Source of the DNA: Trichomonas gallinae
Lineage: Eukaryota
Length of the DNA stretch: 35,529 nucleotides
NCBI GenBank assembly: GCA_008369845.1
Contig: MRSU01005913.1
Location: 1 to 35,529, forward strand
Reading direction: 5' to 3'
The notes under the pieces are model-generated. The model was not told the origin of the DNA. It did not search any database and saw only the letters and a list, made by a program, of their open reading frames with translations. The position numbers and the translations under genes are program-made. Positions 10,689-21,025 of this stretch are shown here, piece after piece; position 1 is the first letter of the stretch, and the number at the start of each line of letters is the position of its first letter.

Positions 10689-11193
10689 TATAAATATTTG
10701 ACAAATATTTGCAATTTACAAATCATTTTTCCTATTATTGAAATATTTACATGACATATTTTGTTATTTGACATAATTTGATATCTTGTTATTAAGCTAC
10801 TTCATTCTCTACCATATATTTTCTGCAGCATTATTCGTCTAGATAATAGAGTCCTAAGGTTGACATAATGCAATTTCAAGTTTCAATTCAATTATTGTGT
10901 TTGAAAATTATACCACAAAAATTCATGGATAGGAATACATAATATGCTACAAACAAACCTATCACCAGTACATTATATACTTCTCATTTTAGATTGTCAA
11001 TATAAGATTTAATAAATTACAGATGAGAGGCTTAGCACTGTTATTTCCGCTTTACTTTTTGCTAAAATGTATAATATAATGCATGGAATGGGTTGAATGT
11101 TATTTGATTTGTAAACGTACATTTTCAATTTTGATGTTTCCGAAAACTATTCCTGACATAGATGTATTAAGAATAGGCATTCATTTTTATTGA

Positions 11194-12612
11194 ATGCAGA
11201 TTGGCTTAGTTTCCCACCAAATTGAATATCTGTATGTTCCAAAAGTTGGTGAGGAAATTAATAAAAATTCGGTCAAACTGAAGTTTAACAAGCATGAAGT
11301 TATGACAGAATTGACACGTGAAGCACTGAAATTATGCGGATTGACAGAAACAAAAGATCAGACAAAAGCATCCTTAGTATGGGGTAAACAATTCGACATA
11401 AGTGAATATTCTTCGTTCGGTCCTTGGCAAAAAGTAAATCATTTTGCTGGAGCATATTTAATCGGAAGAAAAGATAATTTTCACAAATACTTGATGTCAT
11501 TCAAAAAGAAAGAACCAGAAAAGGGCAATTTTTATCCATCTTCCTACCTTTTACCAGACCAGGCAGAAGAATTAAGCAAAGTTTGGAAAAAGCACAAATT
11601 ATGGATTAAAAAGCCATCAGCATCATCAAGAGGTAGAGGAATACGTGTTATTTCATCAGAAAACAAACCACCGAAAAAATCCGGATTAGTACAAGTTTAT
11701 ATTGAGAAACCATTGCTTATCACAGGGAGGAAGTTCGATATAAGGATGTATATACTTATTCCTTCAGTTAATCCTCTCAAAATCTACGTCCACAACAATG
11801 GAATGGCTCGATTTTGTTCCCAGAAGTATAACGAAGATGATCCAACAGATTTACACAGCCATCTAACAAACTTTTCGATTAACAAGAATGACTCAAACTT
11901 CATAAGATGCACAGGAGAAGAATTAGTTGAAAATTCCAAATGGACACTGCAATTTTTCTACAAATATTTGAAGGAGAATGGATATGATGCAGATAAGATT
12001 TTTGATTCACTCTACGAAACAGCCACAAAAGTTTTCTTAGTCGGCATGACAGCAGTAAGGGATAAGCACATCAGATATGTTTATCACCGCAACGTATCTT
12101 CAGAACTTTACGGAATTGATATAATTTTGGATGAAAAGCTCCAGCCACATGTTATGGAAGTCAACATTTCCCCTTCGATGAAAGGCTCTGACTCTAAATT
12201 AGACCATGACTTGAAACTACCTGTTATGCTTGACACACTCAGGCTGTTCAAGATCTACAACTCTCCACCAGAAGTTGTCACTGAGTTCGAGAAAACAATC
12301 AGATCAAGTATAACGAATGAAAGATACAACCAAGTCTTGAAAGGCACTGATCCATGGATTCAGCCTGTTTTATCTGACTTCCAGACAATAAAAGAGTTCC
12401 AGTATGAGATGCAGAATGCTGGTGGATACAGACTGATGTATCCTGTTCGTGAGACAGCCGCTGATTATTGTGTTTATCTCGAGACAATGAATTATAATGA
12501 TATAGTTTTGTATAATTGGGTTATGATGGATGATGAAAAGCGAGAGAAAGTCTTGACAAAGAAAATATCTAAAAGAGTATCAAAAAGTACTCCAAACTTG
12601 CCTCGTTTATAA
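11194..12612 (+). CDS. Tubulin-tyrosine ligase-like protein (TTLL4/5-like glutamylase)
   Basis: KVNHFAGAYLIGRKD, WIKKPSASSRGRGI, VQVYIEKPLLITGRKFDIRMY, HLTNFSINK, ELYGIDIILD and MEVNISPS. Confidence 0.92.
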   Translation: MQIGLVSHQIEYLYVPKVGEEINKNSVKLKFNKHEVMTELTREALKLCGLTETKDQTKASLVWGKQFDISEYSSFGPWQKVNHFAGAYLIGRKDNFHKYLMSFKKKEPEKGNFYPSSYLLPDQAEELSKVWKKHKLWIKKPSASSRGRGIRVISSENKPPKKSGLVQVYIEKPLLITGRKFDIRMYILIPSVNPLKIYVHNNGMARFCSQKYNEDDPTDLHSHLTNFSINKNDSNFIRCTGEELVENSKWTLQFFYKYLKENGYDADKIFDSLYETATKVFLVGMTAVRDKHIRYVYHRNVSSELYGIDIILDEKLQPHVMEVNISPSMKGSDSKLDHDLKLPVMLDTLRLFKIYNSPPEVVTEFEKTIRSSITNERYNQVLKGTDPWIQPVLSDFQTIKEFQYEMQNAGGYRLMYPVRETAADYCVYLETMNYNDIVLYNWVMMDDEKREKVLTKKISKRVSKSTPNLPRL

Positions 12613-12949
12613 AATATTAATTTTGATTTTTAGTTTGTAAATATTTGTTTATATTCTTTCTATTTGTGCCCATTTAAGCATTATAAATTTCAAATTATTG
12701 AAGACTATTTGAAAAACATAATTTCAAAATGAAATTTATTATCAAACAACTAAAATTTACTCATAAAATTATCAACAATACCCGTATATATAATCATGAT
12801 TAATTGATAAACGAAAATAAGAATTGAAATAATTTTCATTTTGATTTTTTGAAAATGTTGAAGCGGACATTCATAGCACTGTACACTTTGGTATCAATTC
12901 TTATCGTATAAATGTATTGGCTCATGATTTTGTATCGTTTATAATATAA

Positions 12950-13183
12950 TTAATTTCCGAGGTTTTGGATAAACTTTTCCATGTCTTCATCATTCATCAT
13001 TTCCTGATCAGAACCTGAATCTTGAAGAACTTCTTGAATTGTTGGATCTTTGAGTAATTCATTATCATCGTCTTCAAGTGCCTGCAATTTCGATCTCTCT
13101 ATGGCAGCAATTTGGTCCTCTCCTTCAACTAGTGGCTGATATTCAGCTCCTCTTCTGAGACAAATCGAAAAAAGGCAGCCCAT
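12950..13183 (-). CDS. Small acidic protein with predicted N-myristoylation/palmitoylation (77 aa)
   Basis: MGCLFSIC N-terminus (Gly2, Cys3, Ser6), natural acidic composition, and an AAAGTGAC motif 3 nt before the ATG. Confidence 0.75.
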   Translation of the reverse strand: MGCLFSICLRRGAEYQPLVEGEDQIAAIERSKLQALEDDDNELLKDPTIQEVLQDSGSDQEMMNDEDMEKFIQNLGN

Positions 13184-13353
13184 TCTGTCACTTTTTATAA
13201 TTTCGTAATTTTATCAAATAATCTTTTTTATTTCATATAATGATCTTATATAGCCTAGATTTCACTTTTTGTAATACAAACAATCAAAAATAATCCAAAT
13301 TTCAATTTGATCATTGAAAATTCTGCTTTAATCTAATAAATTACTATACATAT

Positions 13354-13529
13354 AAAAAGGGGGAAACTCTTTTTCCACTTTCTCGATGACTTGAGCGTTC
13401 AGCAAACTTTTCTTCAGAATGAGTCGCGAGGATTGTATTGCTGCCAACATACTCACCACTGAAGGTGCCGCCACTCTCTAATACATATGTTTAGCAAAAT
13501 CCCGTAAGAGCCGAAGTTTCCCCCCTTTT
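13354..13529. mobile_element. MITE-like element: 15-bp terminal inverted repeats, 8-9 bp flanking direct repeat
   Basis: AAAAAGGGGGAAACT (13354-13368) and AGTTTCCCCCCTTTT (13515-13529) are 14/15 complementary. ATACATAT lies at 13346-13353 and 13530-13537. The interior is visibly more GC-rich than the flanks and encodes no transposase. Confidence 0.6.
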
Positions 13530-14160
13530 ATACATATTTGTTTTTTATCGTGAATAACGCTTAAAAATAAAATACATTATTTTAGTCAGAATCTTTTTGT
13601 TAACCTTAAATTTCATATGGACAATTTTTTGGAGGTCAATTATCCTTATGAAATTGAGAGATTTCATACGGACGATTTGATATTAAACATATAGAACACT
13701 AGAATCTTATTTTTGACTCAAATACATCCAAATCCAATTTATCATAATGTTGAATTTATTAAATATCATTCTTTCCTAGTTTAAACATTACAATAGATAT
13801 AATAAGTCTTAAAACCCAATTTACCATGTAATTGAACGATTTTATTCATATATTTAATTGAATTCAATAAATATATTTTTAATCAATAAAACATTTGAAG
13901 TTATATATATTTTCATATGATATCTATAATTTTGGTATTCAACGCGACTATTATAGATAAAATTTTAAAATTTGAAATATTTGAAGATAATCAACAAGTT
14001 TGGTTTATTCTCCACATCATATTTGTCGAATAGTTCATGTAAATATCATACTAACATGATATTTATTGAACATTGTCACATTTGTCATTTTATATAAAAA
14101 TTTTAAAAAAATAAGTGTTTTTGTCATGGTTATGTTGATAACAAAAAATAACAAAATAAT

Positions 14161-16491
14161 TTATTCGAAAAATCTACAATAAATGAATGATCGCTTAATA
14201 ACATTAATAACATTTGACATCTTTTGTGAAAAAGATTGAATTCCGAGTTGATTCGCTGCCTTTAATAATGCTCCAGCTGTTTTCCTGGCCTTCTTCATGA
14301 TGCACGCTCTCTCAAATTCGAGGCAGTTGAAAATATTCAGATCTCTTTCCGATCCATCCAACAACCACAGAAACTCAGCGAACGAGCTGTCATCGCGGCC
14401 GCTGGATGCCAGGTACTGCGTGATGCTCTCCGGGACGAACCCTGTTACGTCGCTGGATGACGATAGTTTGTCGCCGAGGCACATCAAGAAGGCCGCGCAT
14501 TCTTCGTCGGAAAGTTGCTCGTAAAATTTTGCTTCTATTGCAGCTGAGAGAGCGAAGCAGCACGAAACACCAGACGAGCGAGCAATGAAGGCCTTCTGTG
14601 CTGCACATTCGCACGATGGGAGGAGGCCTGCGTGAATAGAAAGCTCGCGAATTCTGTTCAAATCTGTTTGCTTGAATTTTTGCTGGTCGACTTGCTTCAG
14701 CTTCTGTTTTAGCATTTTGTTGCGGATACAGACCTCTGCTATTTGTCGCCAGCATTGTAGCAGGTTGTTGTCGAGTGAAGACTTGACTTCCTGCATCTCT
14801 TTGAGGAGATTTAGATAACGATCTCCTCCAATTGCGAGATTTCCATCGTAATACGAGTAATCTTTCTGGACAAGATTCTCGTTGTCATCGATCTGTGACA
14901 GTTGCTGCCTGGAAAGTGGTGTTATTGACTTAGAAACCGCAATAATTTCATGAATTGGAAGAGTAACAAGGCACTTTTCGTCGTTATCGAGCACTCTTCC
15001 GCGTGATGGTACTCCCCTCATCGCAAGCGTGACCAGTCCACAGTTTGTTCCGCCAAAACAAATGGACCAAGCATGATCACCTGTCATTGAGCGAGTTTTT
15101 ACAGCGCGGCCATTAACCAGCAATGATCTGAGATTCAGTGGATGTGTGCAGAGTGTGCAAATTGCAGTATCGAGCGCCATAAGACGAACAATTTTTGATG
15201 AAATCGCTTCTGGAGGAAGTTGCGCTTTCATTTGATTTAGTTGATCTTGGATTATTGGGTTTCTTGTTGTGGTCGTGAAATAACCTAGAAGTGTGCAAAG
15301 ATAGTTATCAAAATCAGCAACACCTGAAAAAAGAGACGTAAGATAGAATTCTTCGCTGATTGTGAATCGTGTCGATATTGCTGGAAGATCGCTCATAAAA
15401 ATTGAAGAAATATCGAGCTTTGAAAGTCCTGGATGCAATGTTGTCATGAAAAAGCCTCTTGCATCTATTCCTGGTCTTCCTGCACATCTGACAATGTGAT
15501 GAACTTCGCATGGTGTCATTGTTCTCATTTTATTTCCATCATATTTATATAATGATGTTAATATGACTGATTTCGCGCCAATATATATAGAATCGACAAT
15601 TTTAGTAGTTGTGAGCATGATTTTGGTCGAATTGAAGTTCTCTATCTGTGAATATATTACATTTAAATCTAAATTGTCGTATAATGTTAAGTATTCTGGA
15701 TGTTCCGCAGCAAATGAACGTAGATATCCATTTGACGGGAAAACAACTAGAATAGGAAGTAAATTTGAATTAATAGAATCTGTAATTTCTTGAAAAATCG
15801 CGTCGTTTGATGGCATGTAATTCGTACACTTTTCTAAAAGATCTGTAATGGATAATATATCGATAAACAATGAAGAATTTCGGATAAGTTGATTTTGAAA
15901 AGGCTTTTCGGAGAAAATAAAGTGTGCGACTGCATTTCTCTCTATAGGTGCTTCAATAACTTTGGGAGAAACACCGGTTATAGAGAAGATCCACTGAGCG
16001 ATTGTTTGTATATTTGCAAATGGTTTCGCATTGAAGATGAAATGACATTTTTTCAGTAATAATAGTATAATCTGTTCTAACTGCGGCCCAATGACGTCAC
16101 TATTTATATCCCACAAAGAATCGATTATTATACAAGAACTGTTTGGTATTTGGGAGATAAACTGTGCGATTTGCTTAATTGTCATGACCACCATTGATGT
16201 TTTATTCTCTAAAGTCTTCCTTCTAAGTGAATTCGCAACAACATAAAATACAGGATGTAATGTTTTTGTAACAATTTCAGAAATCTTGTAGGGAAACGAT
16301 TCATCATGCGTAATGGTTATAATTATATCCTTCATTGCGAGCGAGGACTCAATCTCACAATAAAATACACTGAAATTGAAAGCCCTGACGCAATTCAAGG
16401 TATCTTGAGGACGAGCCGAATTCTGTAGTGATCCACGACTGCCAGATTGATGCATTCGACCATTACGATCAAACTGGCGCGGAAGGCTCAT
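14161..16491 (-). CDS. Degenerate Mtr4/Ski2-like RNA helicase (probable pseudo-helicase)
   Basis: KSVILTSLYKYDG...EVHHIVRCAGRPGIDARG (motif V-VI region), FANIQTIAQWI and the arch-like CTHPLNLRSLLVNGRAV follow the Mtr4 layout; motifs I, II and III are lost. Confidence 0.78.
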   Translation of the reverse strand: MSLPRQFDRNGRMHQSGSRGSLQNSARPQDTLNCVRAFNFSVFYCEIESSLAMKDIIITITHDESFPYKISEIVTKTLHPVFYVVANSLRRKTLENKTSMVVMTIKQIAQFISQIPNSSCIIIDSLWDINSDVIGPQLEQIILLLLKKCHFIFNAKPFANIQTIAQWIFSITGVSPKVIEAPIERNAVAHFIFSEKPFQNQLIRNSSLFIDILSITDLLEKCTNYMPSNDAIFQEITDSINSNLLPILVVFPSNGYLRSFAAEHPEYLTLYDNLDLNVIYSQIENFNSTKIMLTTTKIVDSIYIGAKSVILTSLYKYDGNKMRTMTPCEVHHIVRCAGRPGIDARGFFMTTLHPGLSKLDISSIFMSDLPAISTRFTISEEFYLTSLFSGVADFDNYLCTLLGYFTTTTRNPIIQDQLNQMKAQLPPEAISSKIVRLMALDTAICTLCTHPLNLRSLLVNGRAVKTRSMTGDHAWSICFGGTNCGLVTLAMRGVPSRGRVLDNDEKCLVTLPIHEIIAVSKSITPLSRQQLSQIDDNENLVQKDYSYYDGNLAIGGDRYLNLLKEMQEVKSSLDNNLLQCWRQIAEVCIRNKMLKQKLKQVDQQKFKQTDLNRIRELSIHAGLLPSCECAAQKAFIARSSGVSCCFALSAAIEAKFYEQLSDEECAAFLMCLGDKLSSSSDVTGFVPESITQYLASSGRDDSSFAEFLWLLDGSERDLNIFNCLEFERACIMKKARKTAGALLKAANQLGIQSFSQKMSNVINVIKRSFIYCRFFE

Positions 16492-16765
16492 TTTTCTGTG
16501 AAATTATGTTTCTGAAATTACAATGTTTTCTGAATATGCGCTATATAACCATGTGTTATTTTTGTTCAAAAATGTTTTTGTTCATTTTTAATCACATTTT
16601 CAGAAGGATTGGATTAAATTGATTACGTAATATTAATGAGAACAATCCAATAAATAAAATGGCGCGTTTAGTTTAATGGCCAAACAAATTAATAAAAATT
16701 GATGGAACAAAGATGAAGAAAAGACTGAATCGGCTGAATAAACATAGTGGTTTAAAATACATGAT

Positions 16766-17389
16766 TTATCTGAGCGCGAGACCTCCATTGCAGCATTCCA
16801 TTTCTTCGCCTCTGCTGTGAGAAAGCCAAACCCACAGAGCAAAATCGACTGATCCCTGCTTCCTACCAACTTTCTTAGCAATGGCATCGGTCAAAACCTG
16901 GACATCTTCTTCCTCTTTTGAACCAGTGAGCTCTTCAAGCCATCTAATCATGTGCTTATCAGGCTTTGCACAAGAGCAAACACCGATGTTCCTTGCAAGG
17001 TGGTATTTAACGATTGGACCAATTCGAGGCAATTCTGTTAAACTGTCAATGCTCGTAAAACGCTCTCTGAGCTCCTTCCATTCAGGTTTCATTTCGTATA
17101 CTTTGTGAATTGCCGTGAGTTTCGCTTCGTTCTTGAAATGTTCACGCATTTTGTCCATATCTCCTTTGCATTCAACAAGAAGTGGGCACAATCTGGCAGC
17201 AACTTTCGCTCGAAAACCTGATGCGAGAATTACATAGACATATTCGTAGAAAAATGTATCAAAATCTTCTACAACGCCGTTAAGTCCATCAATTCTCTCT
17301 AAATCTGACTTGTGTACTTTCAGTGTGAATTCGTATGCTTTATCATAGTCTTCGCATGCTTGTTTTAGCTGAGCATCAGTAAGTTTCAT
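16766..17389 (-). CDS. Helix-hairpin-helix DNA glycosylase superfamily-like protein (207 aa)
   Basis: FFYEYVYVILASG, HhH motif LTELPRIGPIVKYHLARNIG, downstream KPDKH and C-terminal VDFALW; the layout resembles archaeal/bacterial OGG2-type proteins. Confidence 0.72.
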   Translation of the reverse strand: MKLTDAQLKQACEDYDKAYEFTLKVHKSDLERIDGLNGVVEDFDTFFYEYVYVILASGFRAKVAARLCPLLVECKGDMDKMREHFKNEAKLTAIHKVYEMKPEWKELRERFTSIDSLTELPRIGPIVKYHLARNIGVCSCAKPDKHMIRWLEELTGSKEEEDVQVLTDAIAKKVGRKQGSVDFALWVWLSHSRGEEMECCNGGLALR

Positions 17390-17524
17390 TGACTTCAGAA
17401 AAAATATTTTTCATTGAATTTCAAAATGTCAATAATTCTCCTTATCTATCTATTTTCGGCAATATTCATTTTTGTCTGTCAAATATTGATGATTTACTTG
17501 TCAGATTTTAAAAAATGATAATAA

Positions 17525-17555
17525 AATTGACATTGTAAATTTACAAATGTCAATT
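17525..17555. repeat. Near-perfect 31-bp palindrome in a divergent promoter region
   Basis: AATTGACATTGTAAA / TTTACAAATGTCAATT (one extra A in the right arm). Confidence 0.6.
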
Positions 17556-17931
17556 CTTATTCTGGAAGTTCATCGAATTTTTGCACATCTCATAAGTTAG
17601 GTTCTTGCATTCGTTGAGAATGGAATTAACCAATATAGTTATTTTATTTTTGAAAGTTAGAACACTTGATGAGATGGAAGCTCGCGTGCAAGAACCTCAC
17701 TGGTCCTCTTACACAGCGATTTCTCCGATTTGTGAACTGTATGTTATCTTTTATTTTTTAATTAAATTCGAATTAGTGTTTAATATAATAGTGGTTTCAT
17801 GCATGTTATTCGCATGACAACATTGTATAAATTATGTATTAGTTGATATATTTGTGAATATCTATGTTTATATATGTAAAAGGAGACGATTGAGCAATTA
17901 AAAGTGACAAATAACGTAATAATAACCATCG

Positions 17932-18978
17932 ATGACAAAGAAAGCGCCATTTGCAAAGAGGCCGCCATCGCAACATCAGACGCCAATGTTCTACTGGCGT
18001 GGTGGTAACGAATTGAAAGAGAAAGAGTATTTGGAGGCAGAATATTACAAATTATTGCTTGATAAAGCGAAAGCTGAAGAAGATCTAAAATTATCAGAAG
18101 AAGAACTTACAAAAGTGCGAAACACGCTTGTTGAGCGTGAAGGATATACAAATGCTCTTGCTAGTTTCTTGGATAGCGATACTGCAGGCGCAACGGAAGA
18201 AATTAGGCTCAAAAAAGAACTTGAAGAAATCAAAAGGAAGACAGAAGAGGCTGATATTGAGCTCCAAAAGTACACATCTCAAGCACAGCCAGCTGTAGCA
18301 TCTTCGTTACAGAAAGAAAAGGCTTTTTATTTGCTGGAAACACAACGCTGCCAAAAGAGTTACGTAAATGCACTCAGTACAGGTGACAGATGCCGAAATC
18401 AAGCAGCAATTATTGCAACTTCGAATCGTTATCATCGAGCTGTCGACTTAGAGTTCCAATATGATAAAGCTGTCAAGAAGAGAAACTACTTACGCCAAAG
18501 AGTTATTCAAGCAAAGAACGAAATCGACGCAATGAATCCATCTCGCAATCCACTCAATACTCCGGAAGCCAAAGAGCAACGCCGCGTTTTAACAAATGGT
18601 ATAGATACGAAATTAGCCATACAGATCTCAGAAGAAAAACTTCAGAGACATCCAATTAAATATCGCGCTCATCTCGATTTTCTGCTTCATAGAATAGAAG
18701 AACTCAACTACAGAATGCAAGACATTGGCTGTGTTGATGGAATTATTGATGTTGAACAGCTCAAAGATGAAATCTTTAACGGAGCCTCGCCAAACGAAGA
18801 GAATGGTGATGAAAACCACGAAGAAGAAGAGGAAGAGCAGAATGAATACAATCAGCAGGAAAAACAGCATGAACAAGATTCGAACACGGAAACAGAGCCA
18901 GCTGATCACTCCAGCCAAGTCAGCCCGCAGCATAGTCCTCGTAATAGCTCACCATCATCACCGCCTGCTAAGAAATAA
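17932..18978 (+). CDS. Uncharacterised coiled-coil protein with acidic and Ser/Pro-rich tail (348 aa)
   Basis: Long ATG ORF with heptad character, a poly-Glu run and an SP-rich C-terminus; AAAGTGAC at 17901-17908 upstream. Confidence 0.82.
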   Translation: MTKKAPFAKRPPSQHQTPMFYWRGGNELKEKEYLEAEYYKLLLDKAKAEEDLKLSEEELTKVRNTLVEREGYTNALASFLDSDTAGATEEIRLKKELEEIKRKTEEADIELQKYTSQAQPAVASSLQKEKAFYLLETQRCQKSYVNALSTGDRCRNQAAIIATSNRYHRAVDLEFQYDKAVKKRNYLRQRVIQAKNEIDAMNPSRNPLNTPEAKEQRRVLTNGIDTKLAIQISEEKLQRHPIKYRAHLDFLLHRIEELNYRMQDIGCVDGIIDVEQLKDEIFNGASPNEENGDENHEEEEEEQNEYNQQEKQHEQDSNTETEPADHSSQVSPQHSPRNSSPSSPPAKK

Positions 18979-19653
18979 TTTTTTTTACAAATTGTTTCAT
19001 ATATGTTTTGTTTTTAAATAACTTCACTTATAACTACTTTTTTATAATAGTTTCTTCCATACCACATCTACTCTCCATGAATAAAACACTTCAAAAGAAG
19101 TATAATGCTTAATACAAGTTTTATTCTACAGCAACTCCTATATCTATAACTTTTTATCCAAATTGAAAGAGTTGTTTGCTATAAAATGTTGAGATAAAAG
19201 TTGATAAACAATGTTAAATCCATAATTATTTCAAATCAATAAAAATTTGTTTTCTATTCGCTTAGATATTGTAAAATATGCATCCTTATATATACTATAG
19301 TTTATGATATAAATTTGGTTCAAATTGTTAAAGAAGAAGAGAATTGAATTGAAATTTTGTTTTTAATTTCGATGTTTTCAAGTTGAAAAGATTCTGATTG
19401 AATCGTTTTTGTCCTAAACTGATTTATTACAGTTGGAAAATTGATTGAAATAATAAAATACAAATAATTTCAATATTAAACATGAAGTCTAGATACAATT
19501 GGCTTTTAACTTCAAAAACATATATATCACTATAGTGTTACTGGAATTCAGATATACCTTAATTCGAACGGGTAATCACCATTTTCCGGGGTCTGTATCT
19601 ATTTTTAAAATTATAATATAACAACACATTAGAATAAAGAACAATGCACATAA

Positions 19654-20178
19654 CTAATGATGCCCGCGGCAAGCCCATGTAGAGTTGAAACTATTAAGAT
19701 GCTTCACCTCTGTTTCATCGCAAAACGTACACTGGCAGCAGTAAGCGCACCTTCCTGGAGCCGGTATTAGATTTTGATTTACAGTATCTGGATAATTATT
19801 TCGCAAAAATAAATAATCTGTTGCTGGAGACCATTTATAATTAGGGAATCTAATCACTTTATGATCACAGCTGACGCATATTAAGTTGGAGCAGAAATGC
19901 GGTGATGTAATGTCTGATGTGCGGCCTGAAGGTAAATCCGGGCCGCCAATGCAAGGTATTGAGCATTTAGCACTAGGCTGCGAAGGCGATCTGCGAACTG
20001 GTGAATTTGTATTTCTATGTAGACTGGATTTTGCATGATTTTTAATTGGTGATGGAATTGATAAAGGCTTAGGTGTGTCGGAAAGAGCGTCAAGTGGAAG
20101 AGACTGAGGTGCCTCGTGGTCTGATTCTTCGCCAAGGATGTCATCGATAGCAGCGAGCTCGTCGGGGCTGAGAGACAT
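19654..20178 (-). CDS. CFAP418: Cilia- and flagella-associated protein 418 (C8orf37/RMP domain) homolog
   Basis: CSNLICVSCDHKVIRF...W....DYLFLRNNYPD...AYCCQC and terminal WACRGH. First ATG is at 20178; the ORF track starts at a TTG. Confidence 0.85.
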   Translation of the reverse strand: MSLSPDELAAIDDILGEESDHEAPQSLPLDALSDTPKPLSIPSPIKNHAKSSLHRNTNSPVRRSPSQPSAKCSIPCIGGPDLPSGRTSDITSPHFCSNLICVSCDHKVIRFPNYKWSPATDYLFLRNNYPDTVNQNLIPAPGRCAYCCQCTFCDETEVKHLNSFNSTWACRGHH

Positions 20179-21025
20179 CAATAGACGTTTACTCGACAAA
20201 AAAATTGACGAATCGTATTATCTTAAATTCCTTATTATTTGCTTCTAATTTCTTCATATATCATGGCATAAAATTTTTATTGTTTTTGTCGATAACACTT
20301 TTTTATTAAAAACTGACAAATAAAGTCGTAATTTGACAATAAAATTTTATTTTTGACATTTTACAAAAATCAACAAAATCTTTTTTTTTTTTTTTATCAT
20401 TAAATATTGTTCACGTGCAAGAATTTCTTAAAAATGAGCTCAAATCACTGAGATTTAAGAATTTCATTGTATTTTGGGATAGGTTATAGCTGTTGCGTTA
20501 GGCTATCGAGTAAATACAACAGGAAGGTAAGGTATTTCGTTTCGATGAGGTAAAAGATACACTTCAAGTGGGATATTTGGTTTCAAATGAAGAAATTTTG
20601 ATTTTGCTTAACTAAATCAACTCAGACTTGGTAAGCATCATTGTATTGAAACACATTTTTGATCAACAAGGTTGTGATGGAAAATCGAATTTAAACAAAG
20701 CCAATATAAATCATTACAAAATGCTGATGATTTTTTTCAAATCTCTATAAAATTATATTTTTTCAAATCATTTTTAATTTTTAGAGCTATTTATTGGATT
20801 TATTCGAATTTTATATAGTAAATATTATATAGTTATTGCTATTTGATATAATAACCATAAAATATATGAATTGTTTCAATGATTTGAGATCTTGATTTGG
20901 AAATCTTTTACTAAATGGCCAATTTTCGAGAAAAATAGCCTTTATTTGTTGAAATAAGTCCAAATATTCCATTAAAACAAACAGCCATTTTTTGGTGACG
21001 ATTATTTCTTAATTTTGTGGTTTTC

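Noticed and set aside
19540..19600. GC-richer patch with GTTCGAAT (B-box-like) and CTGA on the minus strand
   Set aside because: No cloverleaf, no proper box C and only weak pairing; too little to call a tRNA or snoRNA.
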